Shown here in pieces: positions 50,561 through 63,922 of a stretch of 64,000 nt of DNA. The notes under the pieces are model-generated. The model did no database searches and was not told where the DNA came from. It was given only the letters and a program-made list of their open reading frames with translations. The stretch spans positions 90,212,001 through 90,276,000 of the forward strand of contig NC_087437.1 of assembly GCF_036321535.1 (NCBI RefSeq), given 5' to 3'. Positions within the stretch are counted from its first letter, which is position 1. Each line of letters begins with the position of its first letter. Source of the stretch: Camelus dromedarius (taxonomy: Eukaryota). The position numbers were made by a program, and so were the translations under genes.

Positions 50561-53500
50561 TGTGGAACCATTTAAACAAAATATATAATTAATCTTGGTT
50601 TTATTATGAATTTTCCCAAGAAAATATTATAAATCCAGCTTCATTGAATAAACAAACTTTAATAAATTGAATAAAGAATCCATATCAATATGGTTTTATG
50701 AGTCCTTGGTTTAATATATTTAATGAAAGATTTGACTAGAAGAGACAGAAATCATTAAGAGTCGAGACAGCTGGATGCCAGAATTAAGGTTCAAAACCAT
50801 CTCAAGTATTGACAGAAAATTATAATATATAACATGAAGAGAATTGTTAAATTGGGTTAAATATGCCTAACAAGTCATTTTAGTTAAGAAAAATTGGGTC
50901 TCATTTGAATCTATGCAGTTTGATTTCACCCAAATCCAATAAGGTTTAATACTGTAGTTTTGAAAGCAAATACATGCTTATGCGTTATTAATATAATCAT
51001 AGACATCATGAACATAACTTTTCAGAAAGTCACTGAGTTACATGATGAAGATGAAAATAGAGATGAGGTGTGGTATATGAAATCTATTTTCAAGAATTTG
51101 AAAGCATCTGACCTGAATAAAAGAATGTGTGGAAGTAGCTTGATTGCTATCTTCAAAAATCTCAAATAATGCCGGGAAGAGTCAGACCAGGGTTAGGACT
51201 AACAAGCAGAAATACAGATTTAACAACTATTGAATTCAAGGGTTGTGATATTAGCGGAAGCTTTTTTTTTTTTCTTAAAGAGCTATTTAAATTGCCAAAA
51301 ATGCCTGTAGGCTCCTCTGTATGTTAAGTAATTCAATGTGACCCTTAAAAAAAATCCATTCTTTAAAATGAGGATGTAAATATCATCTCAACATTATCAC
51401 AAGGATTAGTGGATACAAAACAAGTGAAACATTAGATCTGATATGTAAACACTTAATCAACATTAACTTACTATAAAAAACAGAATACTCACTGAAGGCC
51501 ATAGAAAAGTATTCATAAGTCAGTAATGTAAAATGAAAAAAAGGACAGAAAATGATTAGAGTAGTGATTCAAAAAAGAGATTTTATGTTTAAATAAAGTA
51601 GGAAATTGGCACAATTATGATTAATACTGATCAAAATGTCTACTTGGAGAGAAAAGCAGTTGACGTTAGGGGTAATAGAAAAGGCAACAGAGAAGGGGAA
51701 AAAAGAAATAAGACGTATTTCTTCATCAGAAATGAACAATGTCAAAACTGTTTTGTCCAATGTTATTCAAAGTGGAGCCCAAGGAATATACACTGTTAAC
51801 TTGTCAGAGTTCTGAGAAACCTAATGGAAACTCCACTGGTTAGAGATCTCCTCTTGGAGTCATCTTAAGACCTGTGATCCATAAACATGGTGTCGCCAGG
51901 TGTAGCAAAAATTTGTTACTAATTAATTATAGCTGAAAAGCTATAGCTTTTGAATGGTTTACTCTCTGACTTATTTAGAATAGATTTAAGATTATACTTA
52001 TCACTGTATTCACTGGGTTGATTGACTGCCAGAGGATAAAGGTAAAATGAAAACAGTACGCTGGAAACTGCACATGACTTGGGATCTTCCTGACGAGGTG
52101 CAGGGCATGATAGGATGATGCCAATGTGAAGGACGTCTGTCAAGGGTGACAAACAGATTGAGACCCACTGCAAACTCCATTTATTACTTAGGAGCTTTTA
52201 TGCTATCAAGGCATTTTAGGAATGCCATTGCAATAAGTACAATTATTTATAAATGCAAGAAACCCATTAGCACTTCAGAAATATGTTTGGTTATGTTGAG
52301 GACTTGTTCATTTTCTTTTCCTAGAAGAAAAAAGTCCTGAACACAGAAAAAGCCATAGCATTTCATATTTTTTTTCAGCTGAATCTAGCACTTTTCTGTA
52401 AATTGCCAAAAGACAAAGATGATGCTAAAAAAATCAATTAAAAGGGATTTGGTTTGGAAAGTGTCTCAAGTTGGTGTCAATAATTGATACAATAATAATT
52501 ATTGCCTGAAAACGTTGGCTTTTATTATTTACAAATTCATAAATCAAATTAAAATGGCTGACCCAGTATAATCACATGTATTTATGTCAAACTAATTTAA
52601 ATCATTTTTTCACATTCATTGTGATTACATGGATTGTTGTATTCCACTGAATTGGGGAGTATTATTCATTTCAGAAAGAAAATATTTAAAATTTGTTGAA
52701 GCAAAATGGATTTTTGAAGAGGCAAACTAACCGAGGAAGGAGTGTCTACTTCTCTGTTCTAAATAGTATTCGAGTGGCTTTAAGAGGTCACTCATCTTCA
52801 GAAGAGGACTAACCTTGCAGATTGTGTCTGAACTAGGAAACCCTGGCACAATGATTTTGGAATGAGCCAAGTTCTCAAAAAACAATTATATGTTATTATT
52901 TTTTTCCATCTTATGTTAGACCCATAATCAGATTGGAAATCTATAGTCAGCGATAATGGAGCACTGAGACAATTGTCCATGCCATTCAAGTCCAAGAAAT
53001 ACTTTGATTTCAAATTCTGTATCTAAATGACTGAGGCCAGAGTGCTCCTGTGGTTTGAGTGATTTGGATAATTGGTTCAGTTCTCCACTCCATCTTGCTG
53101 GTATAAATTGCCCAAAAGCAAACGTGTGAGCTACCACATTCATGCAGTGCAGTGAAAATACATACACATTTTGTGGCATATAAAGTTTGTAAACGTTTAA
53201 AGGAAAATAAAACTGAAAACGACTGAAGGTATCATTTACATATTTTCAGTACCTCCTTTACAGAAAATAAATTACAGCATGCACGCTCACACATGTTCAC
53301 TAAATTGCATTTTGGTGTAGCTATTTATCACTAAACCATTTCTGAAAACTAAACAATTCTTAAAATTTGATCATCACAAATGATGAAGAAAGAAACCAAT
53401 AAAATTCCTCTAAATTAAACATGATTAAAACCCAAATATAAATTCACTTAGTGTCCCCAGTTACCAGAATAAAATATTCATAAGTTGCAGAACCAGAATA

Positions 53501-54433
53501 CAGGAAGAAACATGCACCTACATTGCTGCCATGCTGCATGTTCAAGGCTTTGCTGAGTTTTTGTTGCCATGTATTATGATTGCTATGTACTAAACGATAA
53601 GCAGAAGCCAACCACACTTCCCAAAGTGGATCATTGTACTTGTTTTAGTTTCCCTTTGTAACGCCTAATTCCTGATCTGTGCCTCAAGCACTAAGGCAAT
53701 CAATGCTGATGAATGACTAGAAATGGTTTCTTTATTCCAGTCCTCGCTGAATAGAAAGTTTCCATTATCTCGTTCAACATCTTCACTCTATCAATCTGAC
53801 AGGGGCAGGCAGTTGCACGCTTCACTGCCTTCACTTTGGAACAGTATTCTACTTATCTATCTGTTTCTAAAATGAAAGAAAAATGAAAAAATAATAAAGT
53901 TTGGAGAAAACTTCTTGTTTGCACACGTGAACATGCCATCTTTCATTCTTCTTTTAATTGTTGTTCAGTTTTATTTGGAACATAATCATTTAAAACAAAG
54001 TGGCAGGAAAAAAAAATCATAGAAGATAGAGACCAATTTCTAACATGTTAGGTAAAATAAATCAAGTTTTACCCGTTGGAAAGAAATAAAAAAGCATTGT
54101 CTTCTTTCTGTATGCTTTTTGATCCTAATGGATATGGTACTTTTGTTCACTTTTCAAGGATTGGATAGCATCTTGGCATCCTCCTGAGGCTTTGTTCTGG
54201 CAATCTGGCAGCTTAGAAAGTCACCCAATATGCACATCTTGGTACTGTGTGAGTTGCTTTTTTTTCCCCCCTCCTCCTTTTGTGAGTATTGTCTATCTCT
54301 ATGGAGCAGAAGAGCACGCTGGAAAAAAGGCAAGGTGTGAACCGGCCTCTCTTTGGCAGCTAGTCAGTAGGCTTTTGAGAAGAAAGGCATCCAAGGTAAC
54401 AGCACAAGATGTCAGAAAGAAACTTTTTAGAAC

Positions 54434-54457
54434 AAAAAAAAAAAAAAAAAAAAAAAA
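54434..54457. repeat. A24 mononucleotide tract
   Basis: Direct observation; no adjacent retroelement body recognised. Confidence 0.95.
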
Positions 54458-55609
54458 GAGGAACACCATGGAAATTGCTTGGGCATTAATTACCAGAAAT
54501 GGCCATTTACAACATTTTGTTCTCTGCCGAAACTTTTCTTAATGCTGCAAAGACAGTCTTCTAGTGTGCTCAAGGCACATTCTTTGCAGAAGCAAGGTCC
54601 AGCTTCTAAATATCCTGGATAATCAGCTGTGAACACAAGTTTGGCTACTCAGGTTGGCCACGTTGCCTCATACACAAGCAGTGACCGCTGGGGAATCTGA
54701 ATTCATGCCACAAAGAAAGATAATCTTTCTTTTCCTACCCTTTTGTACCTTGTATTTTTCCTTGTACATTTCTGATAATTGCACCTGTGAAATAAAGATC
54801 TTTTTGAAATGGGAGGAGCCACACAGTTTAGAGAAAAGAGCATTATATTTACATGACAGCAAATTGCCTGAATTATAATCTGAAATACTTCACTAATTAC
54901 ATGTTTGTACAGTATCAGTTGTCTGACATTTCATTTTAGTTTAGTTTGTGTCACTACAAATATAAATATATATATGGTTTTTATAAAACCTCTTGAGAAG
55001 AAAAAAGTGGTAAAAATGAGGAAGTATAACAGAAATAACTTTAAATCCCATCCTCTACATAAAACTGACGAAGGAGAAACATCTAAGGATGTCACGTCTC
55101 CGGTCAGTGACCATAATCCTCCAGACACTAACCCTGGGACGGGACACCAACCCATCAATGCAAGCGTCTAAGTGTTAATCTTTTCTTCTGTTAATGAAAA
55201 GAAAAGCCTCAAAATTACATTTTCAGACACTGAAGATGATGCTCCTAATAAGCTTCAAAACTTAACAAATAGCCAAAGATGGATAAACAGACCCAACTAG
55301 AGGGGAATAAATCAGTGTTTGATTTTCACTGTCTTTCTCTCTCTCCCTGAGCTATTTTAGGTTTAGCTGTTTATGCTTGTGCTATCTTAATCGACTACAT
55401 TAGTGTAGGTGGTTTTTAAGAAAAAGTAGAATATACTGTCCAGGTGCAGTTATCAATATGTGTAAAATAATAAATTTGTCATGGATAAGAAAGGATAATC
55501 ATATTTTGAGGTTTTTTCCATCACATATGAGTAAAAGCATTCTGCTACATTAGTACTCTGTACATACTTTGGGGTCAGATAAAAAAACGTGGTTTACCAC
55601 TAAAACATA

Positions 55610-55830
55610 ATATAGGGTGGTTAAGAGTAGGTGTCTGCCTAGTGTCTGCCTTCAGTACCTGGCTCTGCCACCCACTGGCTGCATCGCCTTTGGCGATACT
55701 TGACCTCCCTGTTCCTCAATTTCCTATTTTGTAAAATGGAACTAAGTAATTGTGCCTACCACTCAGAGATATAAAACAGATAAAAAGTGTTAATATACTT
55801 AAAATGGTAAAAAGGCTGTCTGGCATATAA
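55610..55830 (+). mobile_element. MIR SINE
   Basis: gtggttaagag...cctggctctgcca...cctcaatttcctattttgtaaaatgg...ctggcata. Confidence 0.85.
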
Positions 55831-56449
55831 AATGGTAAAATAAAATACATTTTCAGAAGACGGGTTTTTTCTGTGTGATAAATCCTGATGCAAATGTATC
55901 TATTTTTTTCCAAGAAGTAAGTGGCAGAAGAAAATCAAAGTCAAACCACAGAAAGGAAATATAACTGTTTTTACAATGCAGTAAAATACCACACTTTCAG
56001 AAAAGCAGCAGAGGAGCCAAAACAGTTACAAAGTGGAAGGCATGTACTAAAAATGCAGTTAAGCTTTTAATATATTTGTAATGAGCCTTTATAATCTTCG
56101 AACCTTGGTGTTAATCAAAATTAGACTCTGTGAACATTAAAAAGACTCGTAAATAATGAGATTTCTGAGAGAGTGAAGATACCAATAATTGAGTAATCTC
56201 TAGAGTTCAACAATTTACTTTGGGGGGTAGAAATATTTTATAGCATTTTGTACAAAGTCAATATCCAAAAATTCATTTTCTATTGGTTTGGCTTAGGCCT
56301 TTGGCCTCAGAGGTACAGCTTTTTGAATAGGAGAGCTTGCTTAGTTTCCACAGGTGCATTTCCTCCGGCAGATTTATATGCCTCATAAAAGCTTTATATA
56401 GCTCATAAATGCAGACTTTCAATCCTACAGGTACTGCTGATCTAGAAGT

Positions 56450-57085
56450 TTTATTTTATCTTTCAGGCTGATGAAAATGACACATCCTTGTTGGGAGATG
56501 CTACTATGAATGACAGAGCAATGGAATAAAAATGGAAGAGAGTGATCCTGATGGGGAAAAAAAGCTGGAAGAGGAACTGTGACGTAGAAGTCCACAGGGA
56601 AAGCGAGAACTGCTAGCTGGGAGTTGTCAGGGAGGAGAGCATCACAGGGAGAGTCCAGAAAGGAGTGTGTGTCACTGCCTGAGAGCAGGAGCCAGGAGAT
56701 GGAAGACTGTAGCAAGTGGAAACGGCATGGGCTGGAGATGCACTGGATGCTGAGAATTCTTACAATCATGTGTACTTTCATATATAAGGATAGTGCGATT
56801 CAGAATTTTTTTTAAGCTAGTGGAGGTTTTCAAAATATCTATTACATTAGAGGTAGACTTTTCCTAGAAATATAGATATAATAATATTAATAAAGTTTTA
56901 TTCCGTATGTGGTAGAATAGAATCAGCATGTCTACTCTTGCTCTGTGTGGGGAATTAGGATTAGAAGTAGGGAAAGACTGGAAGAAGAGAATCAATAAAG
57001 ACATATTTTTATCGTCCAGTAAGAAATAAAGCCTGTAATGGGTGCAGGCAGTGGGGATGTGGCAAAAGATTGAGATCTATTTTGA
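56450..57085 (-). mobile_element. L2 fragments, decayed
   Basis: Purine-rich antisense L2-like motifs (gcaggcagtggggatgtgg...gatctattttgaa); limits approximate. Confidence 0.45.
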
Positions 57086-57094
57086 ATGTGAAAT

Positions 57095-57480
57095 GATGTA
57101 TCTAGTGTTTAATGCACTCCAGAGTTTTTCTAGAAGTTTTACATATATGCCTTCATTTACTTCCCACAAGGATCTAATAAAGTAGGTACTACAATTCTCC
57201 CTATTTTACAGAAAAGAAAATGAGTTTCTAAAGGAGTTAAGGTAAGTCAGACAGCTATGAAGTGAGGGAGTCATGATTTCTGGGCCTTCATGTGTGTCTG
57301 TGTTGGTGCTTCATTCCAAAAGGAAAGCGGGCAGTGGTTGCATTGGGACTGAAATCCAGCTCATGCTGCATTAACCAAGTCATAGTGTGTCTGCCACCTA
57401 AAGGAATATAGCTTCTTCTGATTTGCTTGAAGGTAACAATCTTATAGGATTTGGACCCAGGCAATCTGACAGGAGATCTA
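57095..57480 (-). mobile_element. MIR SINE split by a 168-nt insert (57280-57447)
   Basis: ccctattttacagaaaagaaaatgag...gtcagacagctatgaagtgagggagtcatgattt [insert] gatttggacccaggcaatctgac; the halves are colinear with the MIR consensus. Confidence 0.8.
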
Positions 57481-57575
57481 TTTCAAATGCCATGCTAAAC
57501 ACACTATACATGGGGAATGAAGGAGTATGCGGATTCAAAGATGATTCCTCAGTTCCTCTTTCAAGCAATTAGACC

Positions 57576-58109
57576 TGTTCAGTAGTTAGATAAGTGGGGG
57601 CACCAAGCAGATAGGTGGAGCAGAGCGAAGATGGTCTGGAAAATGGTGGTAGGCCTGCCTTCAGCATAAAGAGGCTTTACTTCCTCTAAATGAGTGCCAG
57701 CAAGAAACTGGTTAGAACCGGACAGCTGTAACTGTGCAGTACTGACAAGGACCTAACTGAACATGACCCACTGCTCACTGTAATATAATTAGCATTGTGG
57801 TTTAGGCCCCCCTTTGGATTTTTCTGGGTGCATCATGGTAAGGACATGCACAAAAGGGGACAAGCATGACAGCAGGAGCTGTCAATCAATCAAGAGACCA
57901 CCTCTAAGCAAGGGTATAAGAGAAGGGACAAAGGCTATTGCTCTCCGCCCTTGGATCAGCCCGCCTCCCTTCTTGGAGGTGTACTTTCCCTTTGCTAAAC
58001 AAAACCTTTAAAATCTTTTCATTACACAATGCTTCTGACTCCTGTCTCAATCATTCTCTTTTGGGTTAAGACAAGAATCAAGTTTTTCCCTTCCCCTTTT
58101 GGGGTAACA
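57576..58109 (+). mobile_element. ERV1-class solo LTR, MER41-like
   Basis: tgtt...aaca termini, 4-bp TSD gacc/gact, TATA-like gggtataag (~57912-57920), MER41-like motifs aagaaactggttagaacc and cactgctca...taattagcat, U5 aagacaagaa. Confidence 0.8.
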
Positions 58110-58279
58110 GACTCATGTTGGTACTGTTTACTTTTAACAGTGAATAATTTAAAAATTGTGTGCAGTTACTAAGTAAATTATATTACACAAATTAAAAAAT
58201 ATACTTGGAATATTAATTTTAATATGATTTCATTTTATCTTTATAAAAGATAGGTGCCATCACCCTTCACAAACTGACT

Positions 58280-58684
58280 TTTAGTCCCAGAGTCTGACCT
58301 GCGCTGGCTCTGGCTCTTGGGTGAGACTGGCCATTAGGAAATACCAGCTGGAGACAGGAAGGAAGGAGAGGGATATCAGGGCATCTGTTTCCTCAGCTGG
58401 CCACGTCCCTCAACTAAAAACATCAGAACTCCCCCTAAACAGCCTTTCCTGTACAACTCCATATACCTTTTTATCCAATTTCACAAATTGTTCATCCCCT
58501 ACCCACTTTGGGTGCAGGGATGGTCAGGACCTCCTATTATTACTAACATTGTACTGTGCTAGTCTTCTAGTCTTACTGTATCCTTCCCACATTTATAAAT
58601 AAACCCTTTATTAAATTCTCCTTAAACACAATTTAATTACTTACATTATTCAATCTCTTTCTCGACAGGACTCTGACCCACGCA
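58280..58684 (+). mobile_element. LTR33-like (ERVL) LTR
   Basis: tggccattaggaaataccagctggaga...cccacatttataaataaaccctttattaaattctcc...ggactctgac. Confidence 0.75.
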
Positions 58685-58769
58685 GTACTGTTACTCCCAA
58701 TTTATATCTAAGGAAACTCTAGGTCACACAGCAAGTAAGTTCAGTTCAGTTCGAGACGTATGATACTAG

Positions 58770-59090
58770 GCAACAAAGAGAGGAAACAGCAAACTTTGAG
58801 GACTTAAGAAAAAGTTTTACAGAGGCTCTTAGAAATTCTAGAATTTCATCTGTTCCACAAACAGAAAAGACATTGCAGGCAAAGAGCATCCTGTGTAAAA
58901 GCAGGAAAGAGTAAGGTAAAGGAAGACTGAGGAAACTACAAACAGATCTTTGATGCTGCCTTGCAGGGAAGCAGGAATGGTGGAAAGTGAACTTGTAAAG
59001 GTATCCAGGAGACTAGATAGTAAGAGAAAAAAAGGGGTGTTTGTCAAGGAAGGAAACCATAGGGTTTTAACAGGAACATAAGCCTGAGTG
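58770..59090 (-). mobile_element. L2 fragment
   Basis: aaagttttacagagg...gacattgcaggcaaagagcatcctgtgtaaaagca. Confidence 0.55.
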
Positions 59091-59689
59091 AGCAGAAAAT
59101 TTAACTTGATTTCCCAAAGCTTGATCATAATCACACACTAACTTTGATTTTAAAGACAGTATGTATGCAGACATTTGCATACATTTCCTCTGCAATCATG
59201 CATCTATTGTATACATATAGATAGGCCATAGTGCAGTTACCTACCTCTGTGCCACGAGAAAACTAAATATCTTGCTAGTAATACCTAAAGCCCAAAGAGT
59301 TTGAACGTTGGTGAGCATAATTTTAAATGCAGCGTGGCATTCTTAAGAGAATATTTGTTCTGTTTTATCTTTTTGTTTTATTAGTTACTGAGAGAGTCAT
59401 TATAACTTTTAATGGAGGTTAAACTTTATGACTGTATTAGGAAAAAAATTAAAACATTATCTTAACATATGGGCTTGTATAAAACCTCAAAATGTATACA
59501 GTTTTGTTTTCCTAAGCTTGATAGCATTTTTTACCTAATAACAAGGTTATTAAATTAGGTGACATGATTTGTCTTTGTGAGCAGTCTGATTCTGAGAAAT
59601 ACTCCACAGTCAGCAGAAGGGGCAGATAATACTGAGAGCAGATGAGTTCTTTACAAAAAAAGATAAACTTAGCCTCAATGGTAGACATA

Positions 59690-59870
59690 GGGAGGCTAGG
59701 TTCTGGAGTCAGATTCCTTGAGACAGAATAGTGTTTAACCCTCTGTGTCTGTTTCCATGTTTAAAGATGAGCATAACACCACCTACCTTGGTGTATAGGA
59801 GGACTGACTGAAGTAATACACATGAAGCACTAAGAATAATATCTGAGAATGAGCACCATACAAGTGTTAT
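59690..59870 (+). mobile_element. MIR SINE
   Basis: ttctggagtcaga...ttaaccctctgtgtctgtttcc...cacctacc...gaagcactaagaa. Confidence 0.75.
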
Positions 59871-62800
59871 GTCTTATGATTAAAGACATTAACACATTAG
59901 CTGCCATGTTCTAATAATATTACTTACTACTTTGTACATCTCTGCTTACATATAAAACACCATAACAAACTCTAGAGCATGTGGCATCCAATAATTGAAT
60001 GAAATCCCACATCCAGCTCATTCTCACTTATCTATTCCTTCTTCATTATTACAGAATTACTTGGTGGTGTCAAGTGACCATTTGGAGTCTTGGGGATTTT
60101 AAAGACGACCTATGAAATTTCACCTATTCCTGAGTATATCTCAAAATAATTATTGCCATATGTTGACATAAGCAATTCATTTTGTTTACAGCATTCATGA
60201 TAAATTGTATAAGCTGTACCTATCTTTGTTTAGTGGATCAAGAGAAAAAAAAAATGAGATGTCAAGAGCTATGATCAGAAGAATATTTGGCAACTTTTCT
60301 CATTCTGGGCTAATTCTTATTACCCTATCTCCTAAATCTTATGAGAGTTGATGGAAAGTGCTGGCCTTGTGACAAGGCGATTAAGAGTGTTAACATGACA
60401 AATTCCTGATAACGGTAGGGGGAGATATTGACCATTACGAGAAAAATCTATAAATTACCAGAAAAAGGGAATGTCATTCAGGTTGACCTGATAATCCTTC
60501 CAACTCTATGGAGTTAAGGAATATTTTTGTGAAGTTTCTTCCAAGGTCTCACAATTCCTTCTAGGTTTTGATTGCCTTCTGTGTAAAGTAACTGATAGTT
60601 ATTTGAAAATATCAGAAAAGTAAAACAGCATGGTGGTAATAAACATAGTTTTCCTGTCTTTATTTGAGTAGAGAAATATACTAATTATTAGGGTTACCTG
60701 TATCCTAATCTTTATAAAAGACACTATTCTGCAATGGGTTTTGTTTTTATATTTCTGTAATGAGCACTGACCAAAGGAAGGACACTAGAAGTTGAGATGA
60801 TACAGTATTTATGATAACACAGATTTCTGCCTATGGGGTTATTTAACTGCTTCTGCTAATGTCATTATGGTTCTATTTTCACATTCAGTTTAGCAATGTA
60901 AGAAAAATCCTAACCGAAAGAACAAATTTGCCATATTGGTAAAATAACTGATTGAAGTCTCTTTTCAGTCTATATGATTTCTTGTCTCTATGACCCATTT
61001 AAATCAAGATGTTTGTCTCTGTAATATTTTTGTCTCTGTAATTTTCAAGTTGGATCTGGACTTAGAATACATATGAGGCTTTGCCAGTGAAAGGATAATT
61101 GCCATGAAAGGAAGAGAGGTTTAGAGAATGGGACAGTGAAGAAATGAAATGGGTTAAAGTGTCATTTTTTCTGAGAGGCAGGCAAGGCTAAAGTAGCTGA
61201 CACAAATCATTGATAAGTAAAAGATCATGCAATAATAGCTATTTTTCTAAACAGAAAAGTGAAAGAAAATTCAATTTAGAACCAAATTAGGCATTATAGG
61301 CCAAAATAAATTCCTAAAAGAGGATGGGATTAAATGTCAAAAATACAGTCATAAAGAATTTGAGTTAACTGGAACAAAGAGCTTTCTCATGTATAACACT
61401 GGAACTTCATAATAAACCTATACAATAAAAAGAACAGCATAAGTAAACCCCCTCTCAAATAAACACCTCTCTAGCACATTAGGAAATTCATCCCTAATGT
61501 TGCTATTTCCATTCATTTGGTTGAATCCAATATACTTAACAAATAGCTTCCCAGACAATTACTAAAACTGGGAATATTCATAAATGAGAATTGTCAGAGA
61601 TTCCACATGAATTTATTATTATACAACCAAAATAACTGTCCATCTATAAAAATAGAGATCTTAGATTTGGACCAATAACATTATTCCAGTTTTATTATTT
61701 GTGTTTAAATTATTATTTTTTTTATTCATTTCCAAAAATACTCATTATAAAATACATTTAACTTGATATATATCAATTAGTTTATTTTAGGCAATTCCTT
61801 TCATTCACAGAATACATTACATTAAACCACCTGAAAATATTGTTTTTGTAGTTCAAAATGGTTGGAGATTGGCAATGTTATGTGATTCTACCTAACATAT
61901 CTAGGATATAATTGCTCAACTTATGTAGTTGTGTATTATGGTCTAGATAATAACATTGTCATTTTCAGACTCACATTATTTTAAAGTACCTGTGAAAGGC
62001 ATCAGTACATTTATTCTCTATACAGAGAAAAATAAAATACTATTCATTTTCCTTGATAAAATATTAGTAGGATTTTGTCTGGTTGCTTACCAATTGCTGG
62101 ATTAAATAAACAGAAGAGTATACTTTAACCATATGATAGTTTACTTCAATTTCATACTAATATATTTAATAAGAGTTTATGATAATCCAAGTAAATTCCA
62201 TTTCTTATTAATTTTTAAGGGCAAGAGGTAGTTTGACTTTACTACTGGAGGCTTAGACCAAGCTGGCAGAACATTGTTACTAGGTAAACTGTTTAAGAAT
62301 GGCTAGAATATTCTTTAGAATTAGGGAATAAAAAGAAGCAGCTAATATGGTGAAATAAAATATACTATAATATATAATACTTGTTTGGGATTTATAAACT
62401 GAAATAATGACCCATACCATTAACAAAATATTGGTGAACTAAAAATGTTCAGATGTAATAAGTTATTTCATTTATGTTGTTTTATGGGATCGTCAGTATG
62501 GTCATTAGAGAATTCATTAGAAATTTAATGAGGATCCTTTATAGAGGCTCTTTCTTTTAGTTTTTCATGTTAACTTTCCTGTCCCACTGGTAAGTAAACT
62601 GAATGAGAATTAGAGCTAACAACTCTGAATATATTAATCACAAATGTCTGCTTAATCCATTAAAATTTTTCAATTATCTCTTTGTATACTTCTCGAGGGA
62701 CTGAGCAAATGAGATTAGAAAAAAATTAGAGCAAATAATAAATTTAAATTGTATATATTTTTTAAAATTTATGATGTCTTTCTGAATTTTATTCTATATG

Positions 62801-63829
62801 AAAATAAATGTATAAAGTATTATTTTGGTTTCAAATGAGTCACAAAACTGTTTTCCAAGGGACAAAGGGAAAATATCCTGGCAATGTGAAAGGATAATGA
62901 TTTAATATAATGTTGAATAAATTAATATGGACAATATAAATGTTGAGTCAACCATTACTTAACCAGCTACTGAAACCATCAAATGCCCTATGTATTTTAA
63001 ATTCTAGGATCTGGTTTTACCCCAGGTGTTTGAAAGTGATGAGAATCGTTTTGCAAAAACATTATTTCAAACAGACAGCAAATATGGAAAAAAAAAAAAA
63101 AGAAAAAAGTTAGAAATATTCTGATGGCTCTAGAGAGTAAGTTTTTTACAATGGCATTAGCTCACTTTACATTAAATACCTCAGATAATAGCTAACTAGA
63201 AGTTGCTAAGTTTAAAAATTATAAAAAAATTCATAACCTGATCTAAACATAAGCTACAGTAATAGCTTTGTTTTGGAGCAGGAGATACTACCATATGAAT
63301 ATTTGATCTAAAATAATTAAATCAATACAAATAAAAATATTAAATTATAATAATATAGAGAAACAATTTGATAACAGCAGTTTATTTTTTCTCACACTAT
63401 AACATAGCAAGGAGTATTCAATTACACTATGTAGTAACACTGATAAAAGAGGCTTGATAAATTTTTTCTTGAAGCTAAGTAATTATGCTACAGATGAAAA
63501 ACTTTTCATATACTTTATTAATTCTACAATATTTTGTTTTCCAAAATCAAGTTGCCTAATTTTTACTGTTTTTTCATTCAGACTTCTCTATGATTGAACA
63601 CACTTATGATTAGAAAGTTGATTTACCAAGGATCCCTAAAAATGACATCAGATGTTTTCATTTAGGTCAATGGATCATGTTTCCATGAAACATTTTATTT
63701 ATTGCCAAATTAGAGACTATCTATAAATAATTGTATTCTGGGTATTACTTCTTTTATATATTTGACCCACTTCTGTTTTAAATATTTTGTTCGTCTACCT
63801 TTCATCCTTATTTTGAGACAGTGAATATA

Positions 63830-63922
63830 CAAAGTTATAGCCTAGCACAGAAGCATGCTCATAGGAGGCAGTAAATAAACTTCATGTAATGAATAAATAT
63901 TTGTTAAGTGAATATATGAATG
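63830..63922 (+). mobile_element. L2 3' terminus
   Basis: gcctagcacag...cataggaggcagtaaata...aataaatatttgttaagtgaat. Confidence 0.65.

Larger units (their letters stand above)
49380..51230 (+). mobile_element. CR1/L3 LINE ORF2 remnants, split by younger insertions
   Basis: 49380-49560 (gttccaaaagatcagagatgctaaagtt...cttgatgtcattactgggaaaaattct) and ~50690-51230 (ggatgccagaattaaggttcaaaaccatct; ttgattgctatcttcaaaaatct) resemble successive parts of L3 ORF2. Confidence 0.6.

Noticed and set aside
694..59134. The short ORFs in the six-frame track as protein-coding genes
   Set aside because: All are 118 aa or shorter, compositionally biased, many start at non-ATG codons, and none resembles a known protein except L1 ORF2 remnants.
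20654..62711. Shared 14-mer ggactgagcaaatg at ~20654 and ~62698
   Set aside because: Several exact 14-mer matches are expected by chance in 64 kb, and the flanks do not align.
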